Source of the DNA: Stegostoma tigrinum
Lineage: Eukaryota
DNA: 64,000 nt
Direction of reading: 5' to 3'
Assembly (NCBI RefSeq): GCF_030684315.1
Contig: NC_081374.1
Span: forward strand, 38,104,630 to 38,168,629
Shown here: one piece after another, positions 25,171 to 36,339 of the stretch
Numbering within the stretch: the stretch's first letter is position 1
Layout: each line of letters starts with the position of its first letter
Translations under genes and position numbers: made by a program
Notes under the pieces: model-generated
What the model was told of the DNA's origin: nothing
What the model saw: the letters and a program-made list of their open reading frames with translations, nothing else
The model's database searches: none

Positions 25171-26994
25171 TATGATCATACAGATTTACTGCCATCCCTG
25201 TTTCATTTTTGATAGTGTTAACATCACTTCTAGTACCTCATCCTCACTCAAATCTAGCAGCATACGAACACCCTTGCCTTCACTTCTTTACATCCAAGTC
25301 ACTTGCTTGATTCAACTTCACATCAAGCTAACTAGATAGATTTGCTAGTGCTTCTCCCTTATCTTCCTTTAGACCAGGTGGCCCTACTGGTCATCAACAC
25401 AGTAATAAGAGAATAACATGTAATTTCACTCAAGAGCAACATTTTTAATTTGTAAATTACTTTGAATTTAAAATTACATGTTCAATGCAGTGCAGAACTT
25501 CCACTATTGTTTCAAACTCAGTTGCTGATATCACATGAAAAATAATTTATTTAGCTTTGAATTAAATACACCAAAACCCTTTAAAATATTCCATTGCCAA
25601 TTATGAACCACAGTTGCCTAACATATCCTTTACATTTCCAAATCACTGGTGAAGATACTCAAACACAGTAAAATTTGAAACAAAGTGCCTTCCCTATATT
25701 TTTTTTTTAAAAAGTCATTTATTATTGTCACAAATCTCAGAATCATTTAAATGTATGTAAAGTTCATTGTCTTTAATGCTGGTGTTGTCATGATATTCAT
25801 GTTGCTACTAGTTCACAAGTCCTGAAATAACTGAAAGGTTAGGTACAGCAACTGCAATATTTTGCTCTCATTTGAATTCTTAAGTATAGCAGATCTCTAC
25901 ATGATAATTACTGAAAACATGTGCCCTACATAAAGACATTTGTCTACCAAAATCATTAGGTTTTTAAATAAGAGAGACAGGTTGCAGTGGAGTTCCTAAA
26001 GGGAAATTCTATGCAAAATGTAAGGCATTAGACTCAAATACTTGTTGTCTAATAAAAGTAACCGAAACTGACTTGATTGAAAGGACTCATGACTGAAATT
26101 GTTGCCATGGCTATATGTTAGACATAAAAAACTAAGAGGGCAAATGATGAAAATTGAAATTAGTTAGATGGCGGAAGGAGAGGAAGAAAATACTAAACCA
26201 GTCAAATATGGTTACTTCAAATTCAGAGTTAGAAAGAGCCAGCACAGTATGGAGCTGAAGGAACACAGAAGGTCATGCAGCAAAGTCAACATATCAGGTT
26301 GGGACTCTTCATCTGAAAATTCATCTACATTAACTCAACTGAGGTTGTGGAAGTGGAGTGCAAAGCGACTTAACCCCTTGTTCTTCTTCATGCTGCCATG
26401 TAGTATATCCAATTAAGTAAGTATAAAAGATTCTTAAAGAGCACCTCCGAGACCAGGAGCTGCTGGGCACAGTTTCATAACTTGAATAAAAGGTGCATTT
26501 CTAAGACAGCTGGTTTCAAGTAACAGTTTTATTTTCCAAAGGAATTCAAGATTATTTTTACTGAAAAATATTATCCCACAATTGTTCACTTAAATTATGC
26601 ATTTGTGAATATATGGACAGATCTGTTGTAATTTTAAGACTGTCTGACCCGAGAAGAGAAGAGAAATAAAAGCTTGCCCACAGGAAGAAAGAAATGTGAG
26701 CAGTCAAAATGCTTTGTTCTTATGACTTGCATATATTTGTTCCTGACCATAGGACTTTTATTGTTAGCATGACTGAACACAAAGTGTAAGGTTGCCCAGT
26801 GAAGTTCCTAATCCCTTGTTTCTTATTCAGGTTGGCCCATTTGTTAATACTGGGGAGATGACTGCATGCAGATATAGAGTAAACATGAGTTATAATACAC
26901 TTGTACAATAAGGCCAAAATTGCTCTCATTATGCATTAGATTCATTGCTGTTTGAGTTAGATATTGCTGTGCAGATATTTCCTTCTTTAGAATA

Positions 26995-27495
26995 GTGAAC
27001 AAAGAATTATACGGCACAGGAACAGGCCCTTCGGCCCTCCAAGCCCGTGCTGAGAAATTCTGCTCTTCCATATTAAAACTATCTTCACTTACAGGATCTG
27101 CAATCACTCCATTGCCTTCCTACTCATTACTTATTCAGGTGCTTCGAATGCTGCTTTTGTGTCTGCTTCCACCACCACCTCTGGCAGTGCATTCCAGACA
27201 CTCACCACTGAGTAAAAAGCCTTGCTCATCTTTTAAACTTCTCCTGTAATTGTGTCCCCTCTTAATTGACTCCTCACCCCTGGGTAAACAAAATCCTCAT
27301 ACTTTCCACTCTCAGAATGGCAAATCTTATAAACTTCTATTTAGGTCACTCCTTACCCTCCTCCACTCCAGTGAAAACAAACCCAAATCTGTCCAGCCTT
27401 TCTTGGTAGCTAAAATCCCCATACCAGGCAACATCCTGGTAAACCTGGTAAACCTTTTCCGTATTCCTTTCCAAAGCATCCACATCCTTCTGGTA
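26995..27495 (-). mobile_element. CR1 LINE 3' fragment
   Basis: Reverse complement of the 3' tail (cacaggaacaggcccttcggccc) and of the RT C-terminus. Confidence 0.7.
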
Positions 27496-27509
27496 CATCA
27501 ACAGAAAAA

Positions 27510-27875
27510 GACTCTGCTACCTGTTGCCTGCAAGTTTAACACACCATCATGGACCCTGGCCAACAAATCGGTCTCAGACTTGCTGCAGTGTTCCAGCAAA
27601 GCTCAGTGTAAACTAGAATAACAGCACTTCCTTTTCTGCTTAGGGACCCTGCAGCTCTCAATATAGAGTTCAATAATTTCAGGACCTGAACTCTCCCCTG
27701 TCCTAGCCCCTACCCCACACACCAGGTTTTGTTTTCTCATAGTCACTAACAATAGGTGGTGCCTATTGGCAGGCTAACAGTTCCATTAACAAATAAAACC
27801 AAGAGAACTGTGGATGCTGTAAATCAGGAAAAACAAACAGAAGTTGCTGGAAAAGGTCAGCAGATCTGGCAGCAG
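27510..27875 (+). mobile_element. Penelope-like element 3' relic with adjacent inverted pLTR fragment
   Basis: Encodes LLQCSSKAQCKLE*QHFLFCLGTLQ, resembling the GIY-YIG C-terminus at 39197+. A family-B arm follows at about 27795-27875. Confidence 0.6.
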
Positions 27876-28139
27876 TCAACATAGGCCAAGAACATAGTGC
27901 CTCATACATAGCTTTTAGTTGATTTGGCTAGGGAGGGCTGGTTTGCAAAGCAAAGCGATACCAACAGCACAGGTTCAACTTCTGCACCAACAATGCAGGG
28001 TCCACTGTCTCAACCTTGCCAGAAGCATGGTGACACTCATGTTAGAATGCACCACCAGCAGCCTCTCTAATGAGAGCGCAACCCTTTTGGCACTCTCGGA
28101 CTATGACTTGTATGTGTCTTTTGACGCCTCTAATATATA

Positions 28140-28955
28140 TTTTGAGGGCTGTGATCAAGCACAGAATCAATATTGTTTATTCAGACAAATTTAGTCAGTT
28201 TGCAGATGGCACAAAGACAGTTGGAGATACAGGTCACGTTGAGGAAGCAGGCAGGCTGCAAAAGGACTTGGACAAGTCAGGAGAGTGGGTAAAGAAGTGG
28301 CAAGTGGAATAAGACGTGGGAAAGTGTGAGGTAATGTACTTTGCTTGAAAGAAAAGCAGAAGAATGTTTTTTAAAGAGGGAAAGGCTTCTGATATCTGAA
28401 GCACAAGGGAACTTGGGAGTCCTAGTTCAAGATTCTCTTTGGTTAATGTGCAAAACCAAAATCAACAGGAAGGCAAATGCAGTGTTAGCATTCACATCAA
28501 GGAGGGATAGAATACAAGAACAGACTACATGCTGAGTCTGTATAAAGTCTAGTCAGACCACATTTAGAACATCATCAGCATCTTAGGATAAATGCACTGG
28601 TGTTGGAGGCAGTCCAGAGAAGATCAATAAGAATGCTCTGAGGGCTTGTCATGAGGACTCTGGATGTGTACTTGCTCAGGTATAGAAGGATGAGAAGGGA
28701 ATTATTTAAAAAAAAACTTACAGGATCCCAACAGGCCTGATTAACAAGTTGTTTTCACGTCCACTCGTGACGAGGACTGGAGGGCACAGGCCTTTTAGAA
28801 CTGACAGTAGGAGGACTTCCTTCAGGCAAAGGGTAGAAATCTGTGGAACTCACTAGTGCAGAAGGTTGGAGGCCAAATCATTGGGTCTATTTTAGGCAGA
28901 GATAGATAGGTGCTTGATTACTAAGGGGATCAAGAATTATGGAGTGAAGGCAATG
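28140..28955 (+). mobile_element. CR1/HER1 LINE RT relic
   Basis: SQFADGTK..LQKDLDKSGEWVKKWQVE in ORF 28070..28312, followed by downstream CR1 motifs. Confidence 0.8.
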
Positions 28956-29253
28956 CGTAATTAAAAGAGGCCAGTGGAATATTATCCTTTGCTGAAAGAT
29001 TTGAATTAAAAAGTAAGTAAATTGCACTTGTATTACTCAGGGTATTGGTGAGAGCTCAAACATTGTGCCATCAGGTTTTCCTTGTTCAAACAAAAATGTA
29101 AACAGCTTGGAGGTAGGTCAGAAGAGGTTTCTTGGATTGATACATTTAAATGAACTAATTTTCTTAAGTAAATAAATTTGACAGAATGGGCTTGTTTCCA
29201 GTTTATAATAGTGAGGGGTGTGTTGATTAAATTGTACAATCAATCATTTAAAA

Positions 29254-29550
29254 TGGTTTTAAGTGTAGATTTGTAGCTTGGGTTGTGGATGTTGAGATTG
29301 GTTGGCTGGCTCACTGAGCTGGTTCGTTATTTTTCCCCCCCCGCAGACATTTCATTACCCTGCTGGGCAACATCCTCAGAGCAGCCTCCAATGAAGCGCT
29401 GCTGTGTTTTCCTGCCTGTACATCAAACTCGAGTCCAATGAGCTGGATTACCTCTCTTCCAGCTTCCCTTTGCAGTGGAGAGTATATGGGGTCAAGCTGT
29501 ATGTATTGATCAACATCCATAGCCCAAGCCACAAATCTACTCTAAAACCA
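29254..29550 (-). mobile_element. Penelope-like mini-element (family D) with about 42-bp terminal inverted repeats and a hammerhead motif
   Basis: TIRs at 29254-29295 and 29510-29550. The minus strand encodes YIQLDPIYSPLQR (PLE C-terminus-like) and carries CTGAGGA-stem-GAAATGTC. Confidence 0.72.
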
Positions 29551-30583
29551 GAAGTGAGGTAATTCAGCTTATAAATGGAGGAGTTATCCTTTTCAGACAG
29601 ACAAGAAAGCTTTTTTTCTGAAGTTTGCGCAGTGGAATACACTGCTTGAGAAGGCAGTTTTGTGAAACTTTTTTAGACAGATTGATTCTTCTTAGACAAC
29701 AGAATCAAAAGGTTATTGGGGATAGATGGCAAACGTGGAATTCAAAGAAAGCAGATCAGCTATGATCTAACTGAATGGCCTACTTCTGCTCCCAATTCCA
29801 AAATGTTCAAAAAAACGTGGAGTTACTGGGTTGAACAGTTGTGCTGTCAACTGTAAGAGTTGGAGTCAAATGTCAGTTAATTAGCATTTATACACGAATG
29901 CAAAAGGTCAACGTATTTCATGTCTCCATGAGGAAGACGGCACAGGAAGCCAACTTTAGTTCCATGTTACCAGTTTAAAACTGAATCTTGGAAGAGCTGC
30001 CCATCCAAGAGTTGGCAGGCAAAAGCAGGTAGGTTTTGTGACCTACTTTTGCTGGATGTAGGAGGGAGATGATCACCAGTCAAAGAAACACATCTTGCTA
30101 CCATACAAAGCTTATACGAGATAAATCCTTGCACACACAGGAGGAGATGAAAGAGAATGGTCTGAACAAGACTGAATCCTGGCATTAGGTAGATTTGAGA
30201 AACTCTTCAAAATTAAAAGGAGGTACTTGAAGACAGTTACCCAGTGTTACTACTCAGGAAAGCAGACGAATGCTGGAAGTTAGAATAACTGTGGACTGTG
30301 TCATAAAGGACTTTAATTCAATGGAGAGTGAAACGTGTGGCAAATATAGAGGCAACATCCCTCCCTGTATTTGACATAGCCGACAAAGAAATTTAGTCAA
30401 TAGTGCTTTGAGCTACTGTATTTATTGCTGAATCTTGATATGTGTCATTCTTTCAGCTAAGTTAAATTTTCTTAAAACTCATCTGTATCTATAGTGATCT
30501 TAAATTTATGTTTCAAAGAAAAAAGGTTATCACTTTTATAAAATAGATTTTCATTTACTATGGATGAGTTATAACACACTGAC

Positions 30584-30675
30584 CTTTGACCTGCTGTAAT
30601 GGCAATTGGAGATGGTCCATTTGGGGGTCGAGGTTCCTCACAAGTTCTCATTTCTACTTCCACTTTATCGAGAAA
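30584..30675 (-). CDS. BLTP3A: BLTP3A coding exon 4 (FLDKVEVEMRTCEEPRPPNGPSPIAITAGQS, 92 nt)
   Basis: cag|TTT...CAAAG|gtcagt, inside ORF 30472..30720; phase consistent. Confidence 0.95.
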
Positions 30676-31449
30676 CTGGGTCAAAAGAGAATGAGACAAA
30701 TGTATGCTTAAAAATTGCAAGTGAACAGCAATTACAACTTTGATTTTTAAAGTCTACAAGCATAATGCATACAGCTAAAGCTCTCCATTAACGTGCAGTA
30801 ATTTAGACTCAGACACAACACATACACAACAGTCAAAAATAACTTTTTCTCACTGACTGCAAGTACGAGAAACTACTGGTTCAGATTCTGCATCCCCCCC
30901 AACCACGGAAACAAGTGGATTATTGAAGGAATACTTAAATGCATTATTACTAATCCCTCACATCAATCCTGAAAAGGACTGAATAAAATTTATTTCTGAC
31001 ATGCAGATGCACACCACATTAATTTGCTTCATTTGATCTCTCTAATCGTCTTCAGAGGATTTCCGCCCCATCGCCCCCCCCCACCATGTTGCTGCATAAT
31101 CCACTGCATACCTTTCAGTTCATTTTAATGATTCTGTAACCACAAACGAAAAAACAGCTTCACTCGCGTATAGGAATACAAAAAGCATGCCCTAACTAAA
31201 CTCTACGCTCAACTTGTTCTAGCTTCATTTCTCCCATTTTATGCTACCACAATGCTCAATGTAGCTCTGTCACTTGAAGACTCTAGTAGTGCTACTCTTA
31301 GACCTCAGTCTCTTATCCAAGGGTCGAGGCATGGGGAAAAACAGCAAACAAAAGTAGTGGGTGACACTTGGAGAACCTTTAACAACCTGAAATAGTACAG
31401 TAAATTAAAAATACCACAATTTTTTGTTTTAAATCATGCAAACCAGAGA

Positions 31450-31750
31450 TCTGGTAGTGGCATAGTGGACTAGTAATCCAAAAACTCAGATTCTTGGGGA
31501 CACGTTCAAATCCCACCGTGGCAGATGGTGAGATTTTAATTGATCAAAATTGACAACCATGTAACCATTGCCAATTGTTTTTAAAACCCTTTTGGTTCAC
31601 TGGTGCCCTTTGAGGAAAGCAATCTCATCCTTAGCTGGTCTAGCATTTCTGTTAAACCCATTGCAGTGACTCCTGACTGCTCACTGGACAGTTTAGGGGT
31701 GGGCACTAAATGCTGGCCTAGGAAGCTATACCCATATCCCATGAATAAAC
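31450..31750 (+). mobile_element. Shark tRNA-derived SINE
   Basis: B box GTTCAAATCCC; homologous to 7863-8216 (-). Confidence 0.65.
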
Positions 31751-31815
31751 AAAATGAAAATGTTTTGTCTTTAGTGAATAAGGCAAGCTTCTTGAAATTT
31801 GTAAATCTAACTCAC

Positions 31816-31854
31816 CAGGCAAATGGGGTGAGTCTTCAGCTTTGTCCATTGTAT
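31816..31854 (-). CDS. BLTP3A: BLTP3A coding exon 3 (IQWTKLKTHPICL, 39 nt mini-exon)
   Basis: tag|ATACAATGG...TGCCTG|gtgagt exactly fills the peptide gap between exons 2 and 4. Confidence 0.95.
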
Positions 31855-32505
31855 CTAAATAAAAAGTTCAATAATGGCACTTTAGACAAATTACAATTTG
31901 GGTCTATTTGCTGTTTTCAAAAGCATTATATTACATGTCAAATTATGGATAATTTCATATCTTAAACCAAAGTTGGAGGTGTGCACCGTCATTCTAGTCC
32001 CTAAACTTTATAGGTCACGTTACAAGACACAAATTTCTTCTGGTAAACAAGGGGGTCATTTAAATACCTTAACTATGTCAAATTTAAAACCAAAATAGCC
32101 AATTAACATACTTATACAATACCAAAATTAAACTCACTCAACAAGAATGCAATAATTGGTTAACTTACTCGCAGTCAGTAACATATCAACAAAATGTTTA
32201 ACCCTCAAGATACTATTTGCACCATCACACTGTTTATCATTTGCAGCGTACCACAAATACTTAAAAAGCTTTAAAATGTCAAATCCACGTTGTTTGATGC
32301 TAGAAGTAACTCAGTTTTATCTTTCCTGCTGTATAGCTGGCATGAATCAATGCACACATTTTGAGAATGTTATTGCACTGAAATTTACTTCCCTTCTCTC
32401 CCTACACTGTGAAGAAACTTAGCAGATCATGTTCTTTGTAGGATGCACTGTTGTAGTACAGTACTTATACCATGATAGGCAAAGGCCCGACTGTGTTGTA
32501 CTTAC

Positions 32506-32668
32506 TCTAATGGCTGCCCTATTGCAGTATACCCTGGTAATAGCCAGCCAAGTGGGCAGATCCAGCACATTTTGGAGCACTTCCTCATCCAGTTCCAGGT
32601 TTGTCAGTTGTCCTTCTCCTTTGAGCGTACTTACGTTGATTTTATCAGGTGAGAGATTCTTCGTAAAC
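32506..32668 (-). CDS. BLTP3A: BLTP3A coding exon 2 (FTKNLSPDKINVSTLKGEGQLTNLELDEEVLQNVLDLPTWLAITRVYCNRAAIR, 163 nt)
   Basis: Bounded by cag| and |gtaagt, and phase matches exon 1. GEGQLTNL and ITRVYCNR are 3A-type rather than 3B-type (GEGELKNL, INKVFCNK) residues, from recalled human sequences. Confidence 0.96.
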
Positions 32669-32944
32669 CTGAAATATGAGTTTCATCTGTTACTTTAATG
32701 GCTTTGAGAACTCTAAATATTTGACTCTGTTTAACACATCCACCTACCAATTTTGTTTTGGAATACTGAAGTAGCATTGTTGAAACATGAAAAAGAAAAC
32801 CGACATGGGAGGGATGGATAAAAAAAACCCAATATGGGAAACAAAACCCTTGGAAGAATAATAAAACTGCAAAGCCACAAATTAAATATTCTGTCTGGGC
32901 TGGTGGCAAGCTTGGGAGGTCAGATGAGCATTTTATGTAGACTT

Positions 32945-33285
32945 ATAGAAAAAAAGCAGGAGTAAGCCATTCAGCCCCTTCAAGCCTGGTCAACCATTCA
33001 ATATGATCATGGTTGATCAAATTCTATATGCTGTTCCCACTTCCTCACCATGTCCTTCAATCCCTTTAGCCACTAGAAGTTTAACTATCTCATGAATCAT
33101 GAAAATTTCTAGTCTCAACCAATATGCGTGGCAGAGAACTCCACAGGCTCACCACTCCCTAGGTCAAGAATTTTTTCATCTCAGTCCTAAATAAGGATAC
33201 AGGGTAGGCTAAAGGGTGTGACCCTTGGTTTTGAGCTCCTCACTCACCGAGAACATCCTTCCTGCTTTTACCTTGTCCACTCCTA
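32945..33285 (-). mobile_element. CR1 LINE 3' fragment
   Basis: Reverse complement of the tail agcaggagtaagccattcagccc...tgatcatgg; same type as 63315-63890. Confidence 0.6.
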
Positions 33286-36200
33286 CCGTAACAAAATCAC
33301 AAAACAAGCAAGCTGTTTGGACCCTCGAGGCTGCTCCACTCTTCAGCACAATTATGGTTGTATGTGGGAAATGTCAGATCACTTTCCTGCCTTTTCTCTA
33401 CAACCCTCAGTTTCCCTACTAGATCAATAACCTGTCTTGGCCTTGATATACACTAGGATTCTGCATCCCCACCACTGCAGTTCTCTGTGGCAAGCAGTTG
33501 AAAGACTCAACCCTCACAGGAAAATTCTCCTCATCTCAACCTTAAATTAAGATCCTTTTCTTCTGAGACTACACCCCCTGAATCACACATGGAGGGGAAA
33601 CAATGTCAACAACACTTACCTGTTAAGCCCTTAGGTGGGGGCGGGGGAGAATATGCAAAGAGGGAGTCAGAGGAAGGAATGAAGCAGGCAGGCAGGGAGG
33701 AACAGTGCGGGGGGGGGGGGGGGGGTTGGGGGTTGGGTGTGAAGAAGAATAATTCTATGAGCTGTGGTTGGTGAGGACATTAAGCAGGTACACAATTCAG
33801 TTTCTGCTCCTTAAAATCATTTCCAGAAGACATGAGAACTTCCTATTTTGCATAAAAATGACTAAGGAAGAAGAACTTCAAGTTAAATTTTAAAAGAGTA
33901 TAAATTTAACCACATTGTCGAATCCCACAGTGTGAAAGTTTTCTTTCCCTCTCTTGCAGTATATAACAGCCAGCCAATCAAATCAATCTTGAACTACTAT
34001 CCACCACACTGCAATTTAATGAATTGCTTGGTTCAACCAGGGAAAAGCATGAAATGGAGATTAAAAATTTCAACATTCCTCCAAAAGAAAAAAAAGGCAG
34101 GCCACTTTTTCAACTGGATGGAAGCACTTTTGTTGCATGGCACATTAAACAAACACTTTCAAGTTCCTACATTCCAAGAGCTTAATGCTATTAGCATGCT
34201 GATTTGTCTTGCAGAATACGTTTACTCCTTAGCATTATGAAAGGCTGGAAAGGTTTATTAACAGTGCACGTGGGTGTTAGTCACATGCATGCCCAACCAC
34301 CACTTTCATTTCACATCAAAACTCATTATTGAACACTTGGCTCTGGCCAGATTATTCTCAATACTTAAGCTGATACGCCATTCTTCACTCATGGCAAATT
34401 AACATTGAAAACCCTCCAGCTGCCATCTCATTTGGTGTAATGACTATACTACACCGAGCAGTAATAAATAATGATAGATAGGGTGGGTTTGAGACTCAAC
34501 ACATCTTGTTATCCATTCTCAACTATCCAAATATTAGATGATCAAAATAAAAAACCAACCTGAACATTGGTCATGGAGCTAATTCTAAACTCTCAGGTTA
34601 AATGCCATAGAATTGAAAAGTTGCTGCCAAATGTTGAAAACAGCATCCAGAAGCAATTTGAATAGTTCTCGTTAATACCAAATGATTTCTGCAACAATTC
34701 AAATTGGTCCAGGGAGCAATCACCAAATCCTCAGCATCTGCAGGATTTAGGGGCATGACCTTCCATTATGCGGAACCACAACAATATTAAATTCCTTTCG
34801 ACCACAAAGGACTGCATGATCTGATCAGGCAAGGCTAATAGGATATTACCAGAGAAAGCATCTGAGCCAATCTCAGATTCGTAGGTAGTAATTCTGCAGA
34901 TAAATGAGAAGCATGTACTGCAAAAACCAAATCTCAAATATTAATTTCCAAGTTCTAGTTCTCAATAAAAAACAAACAATTATTTTGATGGGTATTACAT
35001 CAATGGCTGCCAAATTCTCAAATGATACAAAAGCTGTTAAATTAACTCACTTTCTTCCACACGACCTCAACTAAAGAGCAGGCCAACATGCTCAGGAGAC
35101 CATAAATCAGGATGCTGTAAATCAGGAACAGGTTCTGAGGAAGGGTCACCAGACCTGAAATATTAACTCAGTTTTTAACCTTCATGGAAGCTACCAGACC
35201 TGCTGTCCAGACCGCCTTCAAATAAACCAAACCATTAGCTTTTTGAGCCAAGAATTTTGATACTGGCACACTACAACCACTATTCATTGACAAAATCTGG
35301 CCATGTTAGGTACAATTCAAGCAGTTTTTGAAAAAATCCTATCACATTTAAACTGCTGATTCAGCATACTCACTGGACACCAGAAATAAGTCAGTTGTTA
35401 CATGCACAAAATGATTCTGGAGGCCTTACCTAGCCATTTTACATGGCTAAATCTGAAATACTTCAGAATGTAAGAAGAAATATTTGAATAAATTCATCCG
35501 CACACAGCAAGCCTTCTGCTAAAGCAGGTGGGCATCATTTTGTGATCAGAGATAATGGAAACTGCAGATGCTGGAGAATCCAAGATAACAAAAGAAATGT
35601 GAAGCTCTATGAACACAGCAAGCCAAGCAGCATCTCAGGAGCATGGCCTAGACTGGAGGAATGCACTTTTACTCTAGTCCCACTGCTCCATGGGTCACAT
35701 CATAAAATTACCTTTCTGGTTACCAAGGCAATCTATTAAATGCCTTATCTATATCAGATTTTTTTTAAAAAATCTATCAACCAGATTTCTTAAATACGAT
35801 TACGAATTTATAATCAAAACTAGGCAAAGAATAAAAAAGGTGCAATAATTCGTTAACATTCAGATACATACCAACACACTCTTCACAGCATCCCACCCAC
35901 CCATACACACACAAGCTCCATGATGATTGACAAGAAGTAACATGGAGAGGGCTACAAAATCTTTAAGTTCCTAGCTTTGGTCTGGCACACAGGCCGTGGA
36001 GAAGCAAAATTAGTGCAGACACTGCAATCTTTACTGAAAAGAAATACTGGAGATCACAGCAGGTGAGACAGCATCCATGGACAGACAGCAAGCTAACGTG
36101 GAGTTTAGATGACTGTTCAAAGCTGTTTTCACATATGCGGTGGAGTTTCGCTCAGTCATTTTGGTCTCACAATAAGACTAGATAGGCATTTCAGCAGCTT

Positions 36201-36339
36201 CCTTCACGACCCACTCTGTTCATCTGACAAGGAAAAGGGGCTAACAAAAGGTGCCCTAAAAAAAAGTCTGTTCCAACACCAACCTGACTGGAAAACGGAT
36301 CCAGTGGGCTCATCTATTGTGATCTGAAGACCCAAGTCA

